Shown: positions 18,829-29,200 of the stretch, piece by piece | Numbering within the stretch: the stretch's first letter is position 1 | Layout of the letters: each line of letters begins with the position of its first letter | From: Candidatus Altiarchaeales archaeon | Lineage (GTDB): Archaea; Altiarchaeota; Altiarchaeia; IMC4; SCGC-AAA252-I15 | Direction of reading: 5' to 3' | DNA length: 64,000 nucleotides | Assembly: GCA_014727915.1 (NCBI GenBank) | Contig: WJMO01000005.1 | Span: 32,001 to 96,000, forward strand | Made by a program: the position numbers and the translations under genes | The notes under the pieces: model-generated | Told to the model about the DNA's origin: nothing | The model's database searches: none | Seen by the model: the letters and a program-made list of their open reading frames with translations, nothing else

Positions 18829-21800
18829 TTATTCGTCTCCTCGGTCGTCGTCTTCGCTTCCCCCGGTTATGCCATAGTCTATCTGGCCTGACTCGTCTCG
18901 GTCTTCAAGCATGTCCTCCAACTGCCTTCCGACGCTCTTTGTGCGCTGCCTACCGAAACCTCCCATGTAGGTCATGTGTTCCTTGAGTGTTTGCATTCCT
19001 GCTCTGTCCTCACCCATCATCTCAGCGCCTAAATCCCCCACCTTCTCCTGGGCTGGGGATACGCCAGTCGAACCTGAGACTTCGCTATCTGGTGCTGCCT
19101 GGCTCGCCTGGGGTCCTGAACCCTCCTCGGTTTCTGATGGCTGTGCGGTTCCCGCATCTGCTGATGCGGTTGGCGCAGGCTCAGATGTCGGCGTTGGCTG
19201 CTGGCTCGCGTCCGGCTCTTGCGCAGGCTGTGATGTTGCGGTCGGCTGCTGGGTTGCATCAGGTTCTGGGGTTGATGGTGTGGTGTCAGGCTGTTGTGCG
19301 CTGGTCTCTGCCGCTTCGGGTTCCGGCGTCGTTGGCTGCTGTCCGTCGCCTGCTGCGGGTGCTCCCTGCTGGCTCTGGTCTGGCTGCGCCTCCGCCCCGC
19401 CCTCGGCTGCCTGGGCTTCGTTGGCTCTCATGTGGTTGAGTGTTGACTGTTTCAAAGCGTCGTTCTGGTCGGCGTTCATGCTCACCGCCTGGTCGTGTGT
19501 TAGGGCTCTCGTGTACGCTGTTGATGCGGTCTGCCCTCCGCTCCCGTATTCCGGGGCCTCGCCGGCTGGGGTGTCCACGAACTGTTGGAAGTCATCAGCG
19601 CTCACTCCCGCCTCTTGCATCTGCTGGGCCATCTCCGCCCCCTGCCGGTCTGTTTCAGCGTCTATCCTCGGATGGGGCCTCTGCTGCTGTTGTCCTCCGG
19701 TCCCCGCCTGTCCGCCCCGTCTGCTCTGGCTTCCGGTTGAACCTGCGGTCGTGGATGTTCCCCTACCATCCCTGCGCGCGCTGTATGCTGTCACAACGCT
19801 TTGGCCCGCGCCCCAGGCGCCGCGCACTCCCATCTTCCCAAGCCTCCATCCCAGGGGGAATGAGCTCAAACCCCCGGTCGCGGCGAACTTCAATGCTTCC
19901 ATGGGTGCGTGTATAAAAGCAATCTTGGCGGCTGCCACTCCCAGGTCCATGCCAATCCCTGCGGCTTTCCCTAGCACGAACCCTATCCTCGAGCTTGCCC
20001 TGTCCTGCCCCCTATAGCTTGTGACGGTATCGCGTATCCCCGTGGTTGACATGCCATCGAATACTCCGCTGAAGAACGTGCTCTCCCTTACGCCCCCCCT
20101 GACGGTGTTCAGCCCTTCCGATAGTTGTCCCGGGTCTGTTCCGAGCTTCCGAGCGGACAGTTGCATCTGCCGCTGTCTTATCTTGTTCAAAGTCGCCTCT
20201 CTTGTCGCCGGGTTCTGGAGGGCTGCGTTCACTCCCGCGGTCCCGGAGGGCATCATCGCGCCTCCCGGGTAGTCTGTGCGGCCGACGTCCTGGACGGCAT
20301 CCTGCCAGCTGGCTCCGCCTACGGCCTCCAGCAACTGGCTGTCGCTGGCGTTCCTCAGGTCTCCGACAGTGTTTATTCCTGCTTGCTGGAGGTTAGCCAC
20401 GGTCGTGTCGGAGTTAAGCCCCAGTGATTCCATGACCTCCCTGTTGTATCCGCTGTCTATCCCCAGGCCCTGGGCTGACTGCCCGATTGCCCTTCCAATA
20501 CCCGTCACTTCCATGACCTTGCTTACCGTGTAGGCCGATATTCCCAACCCCACCAGGGTCCCCGCTCCCATCCCTCCTATGCCTGCTATAGTGCCTATTA
20601 TGGCGAGCGCCTGGACTGTCATCGCCCATTTGCCGAGGCCCCATGCGGTCCCGATCACGCCCGCGCTTGCCATGGCTCCTAGGATGTTGCTTGCGACGTA
20701 TGATAGGCCTGCTCCTACGTTGTATATGCCCATTATGGACTTGCCAACAAGAGTCTCCGACCTGTAGAATGGTGTTTTCGGCTGCTGGGAGGCTGTGCTT
20801 GGCTGACTGCTTGGCCCGCCAGTGGTCTCTCCTAATCCCCTGCCTAGTCCGAAGCCCCATCCCCCGACCCATCTTCCGAAGGACCAGAGCCCGCTTCCAA
20901 CACCGAACATCCGCCCCTGGCGTGCGAACCATTTGCCCCACCTCTGCCTTCTCGCTGCTGTCCTCTTCTGATACCTCTCCGCAAAGCCTTTCATGCCTGG
21001 CATCTTGGAGAGCACCCTACTTGCTTTAGCTCTCTGGCCTACCCTAGCCCTTCTTGATATGGACTTCAATTCGCTGGTTCCCAGGCCGCCCTGCTCTGCC
21101 TCGTCACCTCCCATGAACATCTTTGAGATGTTCCGGCCCACGAATGACCCGCTCATGCCGATCGCACCCAACGCACCCGCATTATAGGACCACTTGGCCG
21201 CTCTCAAAAGGCTTCTCCCTATCATGTTCCCTGTCTTGGGCAGGGCTCCTCCTATGCCCATGCCTATGAACATGCCCAGCGGACCCCCAGCCAACGCGCC
21301 GATGGCTCCGCCTATAACCATTCCCATACCGCGTTTTCTGACCTGTCCCACACCCCACATGGCAGCCTTCTGCACGTGCTTACCAAATCCTAGCCCTACT
21401 CCCATGCCTATCGCAAGCCCGAGGGGGCCTCCCAGGGCGAGTCCGATGCCGGCTGATATGGCGATGCCCATCGCCCGGTGACCCAGGTATCCTCCGACGG
21501 CCACTCCCGCTCTCTTAGCCCATCCCGCGCCATAGTATGCGCCAAGTCCGATGCCGTATCCGGCCCATCCCAGCCCGTAACCGGCATAGTATGCTCCTTT
21601 GCCTGCGAGCCACGCGCCCTTGCCGGCCAGCCACAGTCCAGCGCCAGCAGCCATTCCCGCCACACCGATCAATGCTCCCAGACCGTATCCTCTCCCCAGC
21701 AGTCCTACGCTCCCTCTCATCAGAGAACCTCCCAGTCCGCTCAGACCCTTCGTAGCAGCCCAGCCTATGCCCATACCCAATCCCTTTAGTCCTGCCCAAC

Positions 21801-23160
21801 CGTATGACAGGGCACCGCTGCCAAGCTTACCTGCTGCGCCGCTGACAGTCTTCCAAGCCTGCCCAACCCGTCCTTGCTCCCATCTCTTAGCAGTCTGGCT
21901 CCACTTCCGCCTCCTCTCCGATGGCCTCTTACCCGGTTTCTTGCCGCTTTTAGGCCCTCCCGGCCGTTTTTTCATCTTCTTCCCGAGCCTTGATATGCTT
22001 CCCACCCCTGCTGACAGTCCGGCGGCGACCACGGCTTCCGCGCTCTGAGCCTGCATCATCTGCCCCGCCCCGACCATTGCAACACCTGCGAAGCCGGGGG
22101 TCAGCTGCCCCGCCCCAGATAGTATTGCCCCTATCATCGCAAGCGCTCCTGTGACTATCAAGGGGGAGATGATTATCATGCACATCAGGGAGATGGCCGC
22201 GAAAACGGTGAAATTCGACTCTACGGTCGGCCGGGCCTCCATCACTATCCCCGTTATCAGCACCCACATTGCCATGACGACATTCACCATAGCCCATGTA
22301 AGGCTGTACTTCAGGAACGTGCGCCCTATGCTCTTGGTGAAGTCCCACAGGTACAGGAGGCAGGTCAGAGGCATCATTATCGCCATCAGATGGATTATTG
22401 TATATCTCAACATGATCATCGTCACCGCCAGCAGGCCTACTATCTGACCGCAGCAGAAGGAGAAAAGATAGGCCTTGTTGTCCTTGCCTATCCCCTTGTA
22501 CGAGGATGCTATGCTCTTCCCAAAGTCCGGGCTGGTTGTGACCTGCTGGTATAGGCCGTCGATCCTGTTATAGCAGTGGTCCGGCACATCATATACTTCC
22601 GCGCATGTAAGCGGGGGCGGCCCGGGGTTGGCTATGGGCGGGGGGTCCTTCATTATCACGCCGCCTATCAGGCTGACCGTGATCTGGTATGAGATGTCAA
22701 TGAGCATCTGGTAGAAGTAAGGGGAGAAGGGCACTATGATAAGTGCGAGCAGCAGCCTCTGGAGCTGCGCCTTTGCGGCCGCTCTCTCTCCCGGGCTGTT
22801 GGAGAATATCATCATCTTTATGGCGGTTATGAGTATTGCGAATATGACCAGGGGCATGATCCACCGCATCACCATCCCGGCCATTAACAGCGTGTTGCCC
22901 TGGTTTATGACGGGCCTTCCAAGGGTTTCATTGCTTAGGCTCCAGGGTATGAGGTTTATCAAGAGGGCGGAGTCCCCCATGAAAGTATGCAATATGAACG
23001 CGTAGAAGTCTATGACCAGATTGGAGAACCATTCGCTAACCCCCTTTATCACGTCTCCTGAGATGGCTGCGGCACTCTGTGAAAAAACCAGTATCAACAG
23101 TATTGCTGACGCAGCTTTAGCCTTCTTCGCAGAATAAACCGTCTCTAAGGATGTTTTCAT
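18829..23160 (-). CDS. extended VirB6/TrbL-like polytopic membrane protein (1443 aa)
   Basis: N-terminal multi-TM region with SNSPGERAAAKAQLQRLLL and LRYTIIHLMAIMMPLTCLLYLWDFTKSIGRTF (VirB6-like R..L....PL.....T motif), then glycine zippers, HhH-like motif, shared helical repeat and an acidic P/Q/T tail. Confidence 0.7.
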   Translation of the reverse strand: MKTSLETVYSAKKAKAASAILLILVFSQSAAAISGDVIKGVSEWFSNLVIDFYAFILHTFMGDSALLINLIPWSLSNETLGRPVINQGNTLLMAGMVMRWIMPLVIFAILITAIKMMIFSNSPGERAAAKAQLQRLLLALIIVPFSPYFYQMLIDISYQITVSLIGGVIMKDPPPIANPGPPPLTCAEVYDVPDHCYNRIDGLYQQVTTSPDFGKSIASSYKGIGKDNKAYLFSFCCGQIVGLLAVTMIMLRYTIIHLMAIMMPLTCLLYLWDFTKSIGRTFLKYSLTWAMVNVVMAMWVLITGIVMEARPTVESNFTVFAAISLMCMIIISPLIVTGALAMIGAILSGAGQLTPGFAGVAMVGAGQMMQAQSAEAVVAAGLSAGVGSISRLGKKMKKRPGGPKSGKKPGKRPSERRRKWSQTAKRWEQGRVGQAWKTVSGAAGKLGSGALSYGWAGLKGLGMGIGWAATKGLSGLGGSLMRGSVGLLGRGYGLGALIGVAGMAAGAGLWLAGKGAWLAGKGAYYAGYGLGWAGYGIGLGAYYGAGWAKRAGVAVGGYLGHRAMGIAISAGIGLALGGPLGLAIGMGVGLGFGKHVQKAAMWGVGQVRKRGMGMVIGGAIGALAGGPLGMFIGMGIGGALPKTGNMIGRSLLRAAKWSYNAGALGAIGMSGSFVGRNISKMFMGGDEAEQGGLGTSELKSISRRARVGQRAKASRVLSKMPGMKGFAERYQKRTAARRQRWGKWFARQGRMFGVGSGLWSFGRWVGGWGFGLGRGLGETTGGPSSQPSTASQQPKTPFYRSETLVGKSIMGIYNVGAGLSYVASNILGAMASAGVIGTAWGLGKWAMTVQALAIIGTIAGIGGMGAGTLVGLGISAYTVSKVMEVTGIGRAIGQSAQGLGIDSGYNREVMESLGLNSDTTVANLQQAGINTVGDLRNASDSQLLEAVGGASWQDAVQDVGRTDYPGGAMMPSGTAGVNAALQNPATREATLNKIRQRQMQLSARKLGTDPGQLSEGLNTVRGGVRESTFFSGVFDGMSTTGIRDTVTSYRGQDRASSRIGFVLGKAAGIGMDLGVAAAKIAFIHAPMEALKFAATGGLSSFPLGWRLGKMGVRGAWGAGQSVVTAYSARRDGRGTSTTAGSTGSQSRRGGQAGTGGQQQQRPHPRIDAETDRQGAEMAQQMQEAGVSADDFQQFVDTPAGEAPEYGSGGQTASTAYTRALTHDQAVSMNADQNDALKQSTLNHMRANEAQAAEGGAEAQPDQSQQGAPAAGDGQQPTTPEPEAAETSAQQPDTTPSTPEPDATQQPTATSQPAQEPDASQQPTPTSEPAPTASADAGTAQPSETEEGSGPQASQAAPDSEVSGSTGVSPAQEKVGDLGAEMMGEDRAGMQTLKEHMTYMGGFGRQRTKSVGRQLEDMLEDRDESGQIDYGITGGSEDDDRGDE

Positions 23161-23210
23161 GGCGGCAGCCCAGTAAAAATATGGGTTCCAAACTATTTAA
23201 TTATAATATA

Positions 23211-26200
23211 CTATGCCTTACCGTCGAATTCGTCCCTTGCCTTCGCGAAGTCCAGGGCCTTCCCACTGAAGAACCTGTAGGACATTACAGCCGCGAAGGC
23301 TATCAGCAACACCCACAGGTTGTCCATCAGGTAATCGCAGAATTCCGGGGGCTTGTCCACTGGGACGGTGTCCACGAACGGGACTGACCTCTTGAAACCA
23401 TGGTCGTCGTGGCAGGTTATGACTGCCGTGATCAGCCGGTCCACGGGGAACATTATCTCCTCGTTAAGGTCGTACCATCCAGTGTATTCTATGTACGGGT
23501 GCTGGAACTGTATGTAGAAGTGCTTGCAGTATGGGTCGTACCCGTCTTCTGAGCTCTGGTTCGTGCATACGTTAAGCACTGCCGGCCATACCTTTATTAT
23601 CCTGGAGTTCTCGTTGAAGTCCGATTCCAGGTAGAACTCTTCAGGCGGGGGCTTGTTGACCCTCACCGTAAGGCCTCCGCTTCCGGCTCCGTGTTGTGCT
23701 CCGTCGGGGCAGATGGGAGCGTCTCCGAAGGCGGGGAAGTCCTGGCTCTGGAAGGGGGTGTAGACTTCAATGTCGGTGAATCCTAGCTCGTACTCTGTGA
23801 GCGAGTTGCTGTCTAGTATGAGCGTGTACGACTGTGGCGCAATGCCCTTCGGCTCGCATTCTTTGAGGTATTCTATATTGCATTTGCTCTCTCCGAAGTT
23901 CCATTTGTACCTGAACTGGAAGTGGTCCAGCCAGTAGGCTTTGAACTCCTCCTCGGCGCAGTGGTTCCTGTACTTGCTGGGCACTCCCTCGCATGGGACC
24001 AGCCCAGACAGAACCCACTTGTTCAGGTCCTTGCAGGTCTCGTTGTCGATGGGGTAGAGGTTTTCGAACTCCTCCTTGTATTCGCAGTCGCACCTGCCCC
24101 CCTCGCATACCAGATCCGCTATCTGGTTGCACATTGGCGGGCAGTCCTGGATAGAAGAGCACTGGTAGTCGACGTCCCTCCACTCTTCGCTGTCGCAGTA
24201 TAGCGCGTACCTCACATACGCTTTGCCTATGGGCTTGCTCTTCTTCAGGAATCTCACGTTGGTCCACTCGTCAACCCTCCAGTTGTCGTCGTCCAGGCCA
24301 CGCTCAACATCCTGCATCCTCCAGTAAAGCGCTGCGAAGTCGTAGTAGTGCGGTTCGTCCTCGTGGAAGTTCCTTAGCAGGCCGATGTTGGAGGATATCT
24401 CGTATATGTAGTTGTAGCATTCAGCACGGCCCTTGTCAACAAGCCATAGGGGGTGCTTCCAGGTGTACTGTGAGCCGTATGCGCTGAACTGGTCTATGAA
24501 GAAGTGGCTCTTCTTGGATGGGTTGTACGTCCACCTGACATACAGTGGGTCGCTTGTCTCGTATTCCAAGTCTATCTCCTGGCCTGGCGGGGTCAACCGG
24601 GTCTTGTAGCATTCCTTGGCCAGGTCGAGGAGCCTTGCGTTCTCCTCGGTGACCTCCTTCCAGTCCTGGGGAAGTGTCGACTGCAACGCGGTCCCGTCAT
24701 GCCAGGGGTAGTACTTCTTCGGCGTGAAGTCCATCATAAGGTATTGTTCGTAAGCGTCTTCTATGGTTAGTGTGAACCCGTCGAATAGGTCGTATACGAA
24801 TCTTCCGGGGCTCCTTGTCGACTCCTCGTCCACGGCTTTGAAGTTCAGGTAGGCGAAGGCCCAGTTCTCGTTGCTGCTGTCCTCGTGTCCGTGCTGTATC
24901 GTCCCGTTCACCTTTATCACCGCCTCGGAGTTCCCCGAGTCTATGGGGTTCTCCACCCTCAGATGGTCTCCGTAGTCGTCAGCCCATATCCTCGAATAGT
25001 CCTTCATCTTCTCGTAGACTATCTCCCACTCGCACGGTCCCTTGTCCTTCGTAACCAGGTAGTCTGCGAGGTTTACGCTGTCGTGGTGCCAGCACCCCCA
25101 GCAGGTGTAGTCGCACCTGCAGTCGTGGTAGTAGTAGCATTCCAGCTCTATGGGCACCCCGTTGCATGTGGTCCAGTAGGTGCACTCGCACCACGAGTGC
25201 GCGGGCGGGTTGTCGTTATCCCACTGGAAGGGTATGGGGTCCTGGGTGTATGGGGTCCTGGGCTGGTTGCCCCGGCAACAGCAGGGCGGCGTGAAGTCCC
25301 CGGCGTACACTTCATTGTGGGTAACGAACCATTCCGTCTCGCATGTTATGTCGTTGACTATGATCTCCTCCCACTGCTCCCACCTGTAGCTGATGACCTT
25401 CTCCTCGAGCCTGCTGCAACCCTGCCAACCGCACTGTTTGACCAGCAGCTCCCGTTTCATCTCGTTTATTACGCTGTACTTGAGCCCCACGTTCAGGTAC
25501 CTGGTCTCCGGGCTCAGCTGCACCTCCTGCTTGTCCTCGTGCATGACCGAAGCAGGCGCCGGCGGCTTCTCGGTCAGCAGGTTGTCCTTTCCATATAACT
25601 TGTTGCTTGTCTTGGCCTTGCTGAAAGATTGCACGTCAACTACGCCGTGGTTCTCGTCGTATTCCGTTACCATGATGTCCATCTGGGCGAACGGCTCCTG
25701 CCCGGGGTTTCTCGGGTATGTGTGAACCTCTTTCCTCTGCATCCTACCGCATGATTTCGGGATGTGGGCTGCGGCGTCGACGGCGTAGGGGTCCACTGGC
25801 ATTCCATCGACTACCTTCCCTCCTGTGAATCCTCCATGCCCTGACATGACCACGTTGCACTGGTGCGCTCCACCGGACACGTCAGACCTCTTGCACGTTG
25901 TTGGTTCCATCGAGTTGCAGGTCCCTGGCATGCAACCCATGCATCCTCCGTCGACCTCCCCTCCGCCTGCCATGTCGCATCCTTTGATCCCATCCTCCTT
26001 GTCCCAGTCGCCTCTCATCGCCCGCCCGCAGTTGCACTCCTCTGATATGCACTCCAGCGTCCGGCCGTCCGGCCCGTTGAGGAACGACTTGTACGGTTTC
26101 ACGGTGGCGTCTATGCCCCAGAAGTCGCCGTTGCAGACCGGCAGCGGCTCCCCATACTGGTACTGGTCTCCGAAGTTCCGGGCCTCGAACCATATGGGGC

Positions 26201-29200
26201 TCTCCGGGCACCTGTACGGCTCCGAAGCTACGCAGTAGGTGCAGTACTCGGGGCCTTTGCCCGTGGCGCAGCCGTCGGGTGGCTTTCCCCCGCCGCTGAA
26301 CAGCCAGCGATCGTCCTCATACCACGAGTCCTGGCCCCTGCACGTGGCCTCCCAACCCGCTGCCTCGCTGCAGTTCGGTATCATGAATCCTGCCCCCGAG
26401 TATATCCAGACCGGCTCATCCCCGCTCCTCGTCCACGTCTGAGACCATTCCTCCTGGTCTTCAACGTCCTTCGGCTTGCAGTCCCTCCCAGTCCACGTCC
26501 AGTTCTCCTTGCAGCAGGCTGTCTCGCTGCTTGGGGGTGTGCTGCTGTGTATGTTGCCGGTGCATATGAGGTCCGTGTCCGGGAGGCATTCGTCGTCGTC
26601 TTCGCATGGGCCCTCCTCCTCCTCGCACCATTGTCCGGTCTCATCATGCTTCATCCAGCACCATGTCCTCTCCTCTATGCCTCCGCTGCTCTGGTCTTTG
26701 ACGCCTATCGTATCGTACATCTCGACGAAACGAACTGCCTCTCCCGTCGGGAGGCAGCACTCGTGCGTGAGGTCCCATTCGGTTTCGCTGGGGCAGCAGT
26801 GGCCCTCCTGGAACCTGTCTATGCCCTTAGCATGGGCTGTTATGTTGTTCGCGCTGCAGTGCAGGTACTTTATCTGCGGGTCCTCCGGGGGTATCCTGTA
26901 GTGGGCGCAGTCGCTGCTCGTCTGGCAGACCCCGCCCATCCCCTCCAACCACTTGCCCCTCGCCTCTTCCGGGCATTCTTCAATATCCTGGTAGCAGAGC
27001 TCGTTCTCTTCGAACCTGCAGCAGTCGTCTATGTAGTGGGTTCCCGCAGGGCAGCAGAACTTGCTCCCCCCCTCGTATGATTCCACGCACTTCAAACCCT
27101 GGATGCAGTCCTCGTCTTCCCTGCAAGGCCCCTCGTGGACGTTCAGCAGCCCGCAATCGTACCTGCCTGGCAGAGTGTAAGCGCAGTTCGGCTCCATGTC
27201 CTCCGGGTATCCTACGTCGGTCGTCAGGAAGCTCAGCTCGGGGACGATCTTGAAAACCTTCGCCCACACGCTGTCCACGTTGAACTGCCTGTAGTACATG
27301 AGGTCGTAGTTGAAGCAGAGGTCCGGGCAGACGGTGTGCTTGTTGCATGCGAGGCACGGGTCGTGGCGTTTGCTCCCCGGACGATCCCACTCATCCCTTG
27401 TCTCCGCCTGCGGGCACTCTCCCCCGCTGCTGGTCTCGAAGGCGCAGTAGCCCGGCCGACTGCAGTAGAAGTCCTCGTCTATGGAGTCGTTGCGCTTCCA
27501 GTACCTGTCCCGCACAGTGTCGCCGTCCGGGAACACTCCCGGCATGGTTCCAGTGTACTCCGCGTACTCGTCGAAGAAACCAGCTCCGTGGACGTAACCG
27601 TATTTCTCAAGCTGGTCGTTGCAGTTCCTTCCATGGAAGTGCGTGGGCGGATAGTGGCTGTAGTTGTATCCTGCGGACTTGTTCTCGTCCCATACCACCC
27701 TGACCCCCCCGTATCCGCAGTAGCCCTGGCTGGCGACGGACTGGCTGTGGTCTGAGGTGTAGGGTGTGCACTGCCACCCTCCCATGTCGATGTTGTCCCC
27801 GTTCTCGAACATCTGCTGGCACTGTTCCGGGGGGTCGTAGCTGACCCAGCCTTCTCCCATGTCACAGCCTGCGGGCCCCACATTGCATGTCACCTCGACA
27901 CCTCCAACTTCGCATGTGTTGTCCGGCGGGCAGTTCGGGCACGGGCACGGCAGGGTCTCCCTCCTGTTGCAGGTAGCCCACCTGCAGTAGTATTCGACGC
28001 AGCTCTGGTCCGCGCAGGGCATGATCCATACCTCCCAGTCCGTCCACGCCCCTCCTGGGCCTGGGTTGTAGAGGTGCATCCAAAAGGGAGGCTGCTTCCA
28101 CTCTATCTCCCTGACAAAGTATGCCGTGACGTTGGTTATGATGGACTCGACCGCCTTCTGAACCACTGTTTCATCCGGCAGCCCGTTCTCGAAGTCGTAT
28201 TTCTCGTCGTATATGCCGTCCTGCCGGTGGTATGCCGGGTTATCGGCTGCCGCATCGTCGTCGAGGTCCAGGTATCCGTAGTAGTCTGCCTGCTTCTCCC
28301 AGTAACCGCACTTTGCTATTGGGGTCGGGTCGAAGGGGTTTCCCGCGTTATAGTGTATGGAGGCTATGGCCGACCCTAGGCTGCAGGTGGAGAACCCGCT
28401 CCAGCAGTTGTCGCAACCCCATATCCTCTCGATCGTGTCGTCATTCCACCACATCAGCCCCATGCCGACGGTCTCTATCTCGTATATGTGCTGGCTGGGC
28501 CTCATGAGCTGGTAGTATTCGAGGCCCTTGTTGGCTCCGAACCTGGAGACCTCGAAGGCCGAGATGTAAGTGCCTGGCTCGTCGTAGAACTTGCCCTCGT
28601 CTCGCATTGCGTACGTGCAGTTCCCAAAACCGCCTATGCCTATCAGCTCACTGTACGTTTCCTCTATCTTCTGGTATGGCCCCAGGTTGAACGTCTTGCA
28701 CCTCCCCCTCGCGCGTGTCTCCCCCATGCTGTCGCATATCCGGGACAGTATGTAGTCTGTGTGGTACTCTTCCTCGTTGAATACTCTTAGCTTGTTGATG
28801 TAGTCGCTGTCGTCCACGCCCAATACCTGGTATTCGCCCCCGACTAGCACATAGTCCCCGAATGTGCTTTCCTTCGGGTCTGTCAGCAGGGGCAGCCGCC
28901 GGTAGTTGACGTGCTTTGTCCTGACCCTGGTCGCGACACCCGCGGAGACCAGATCCTCGCAGTTTGGGTCGGCACCCCAGTCTATGCTGTCCCCGTCTAT
29001 CTTCCCGCAGGTGTATTCGCCGTTGTTCTTGACCCTGATGAACCTTAGGAAGCAGTTTAGCAGGTCCTTCGGGGCGCCACCCGCTATCAGAGGGTCCAGG
29101 TTCTTGTCGTATACTTCACTGTAGCATATGTCCTCCCCGTCCTCCTCGTAGCAGTCCAATACCAGCCTGCCTTTGTCGTCAACCAACACCTCAGCGTAGT

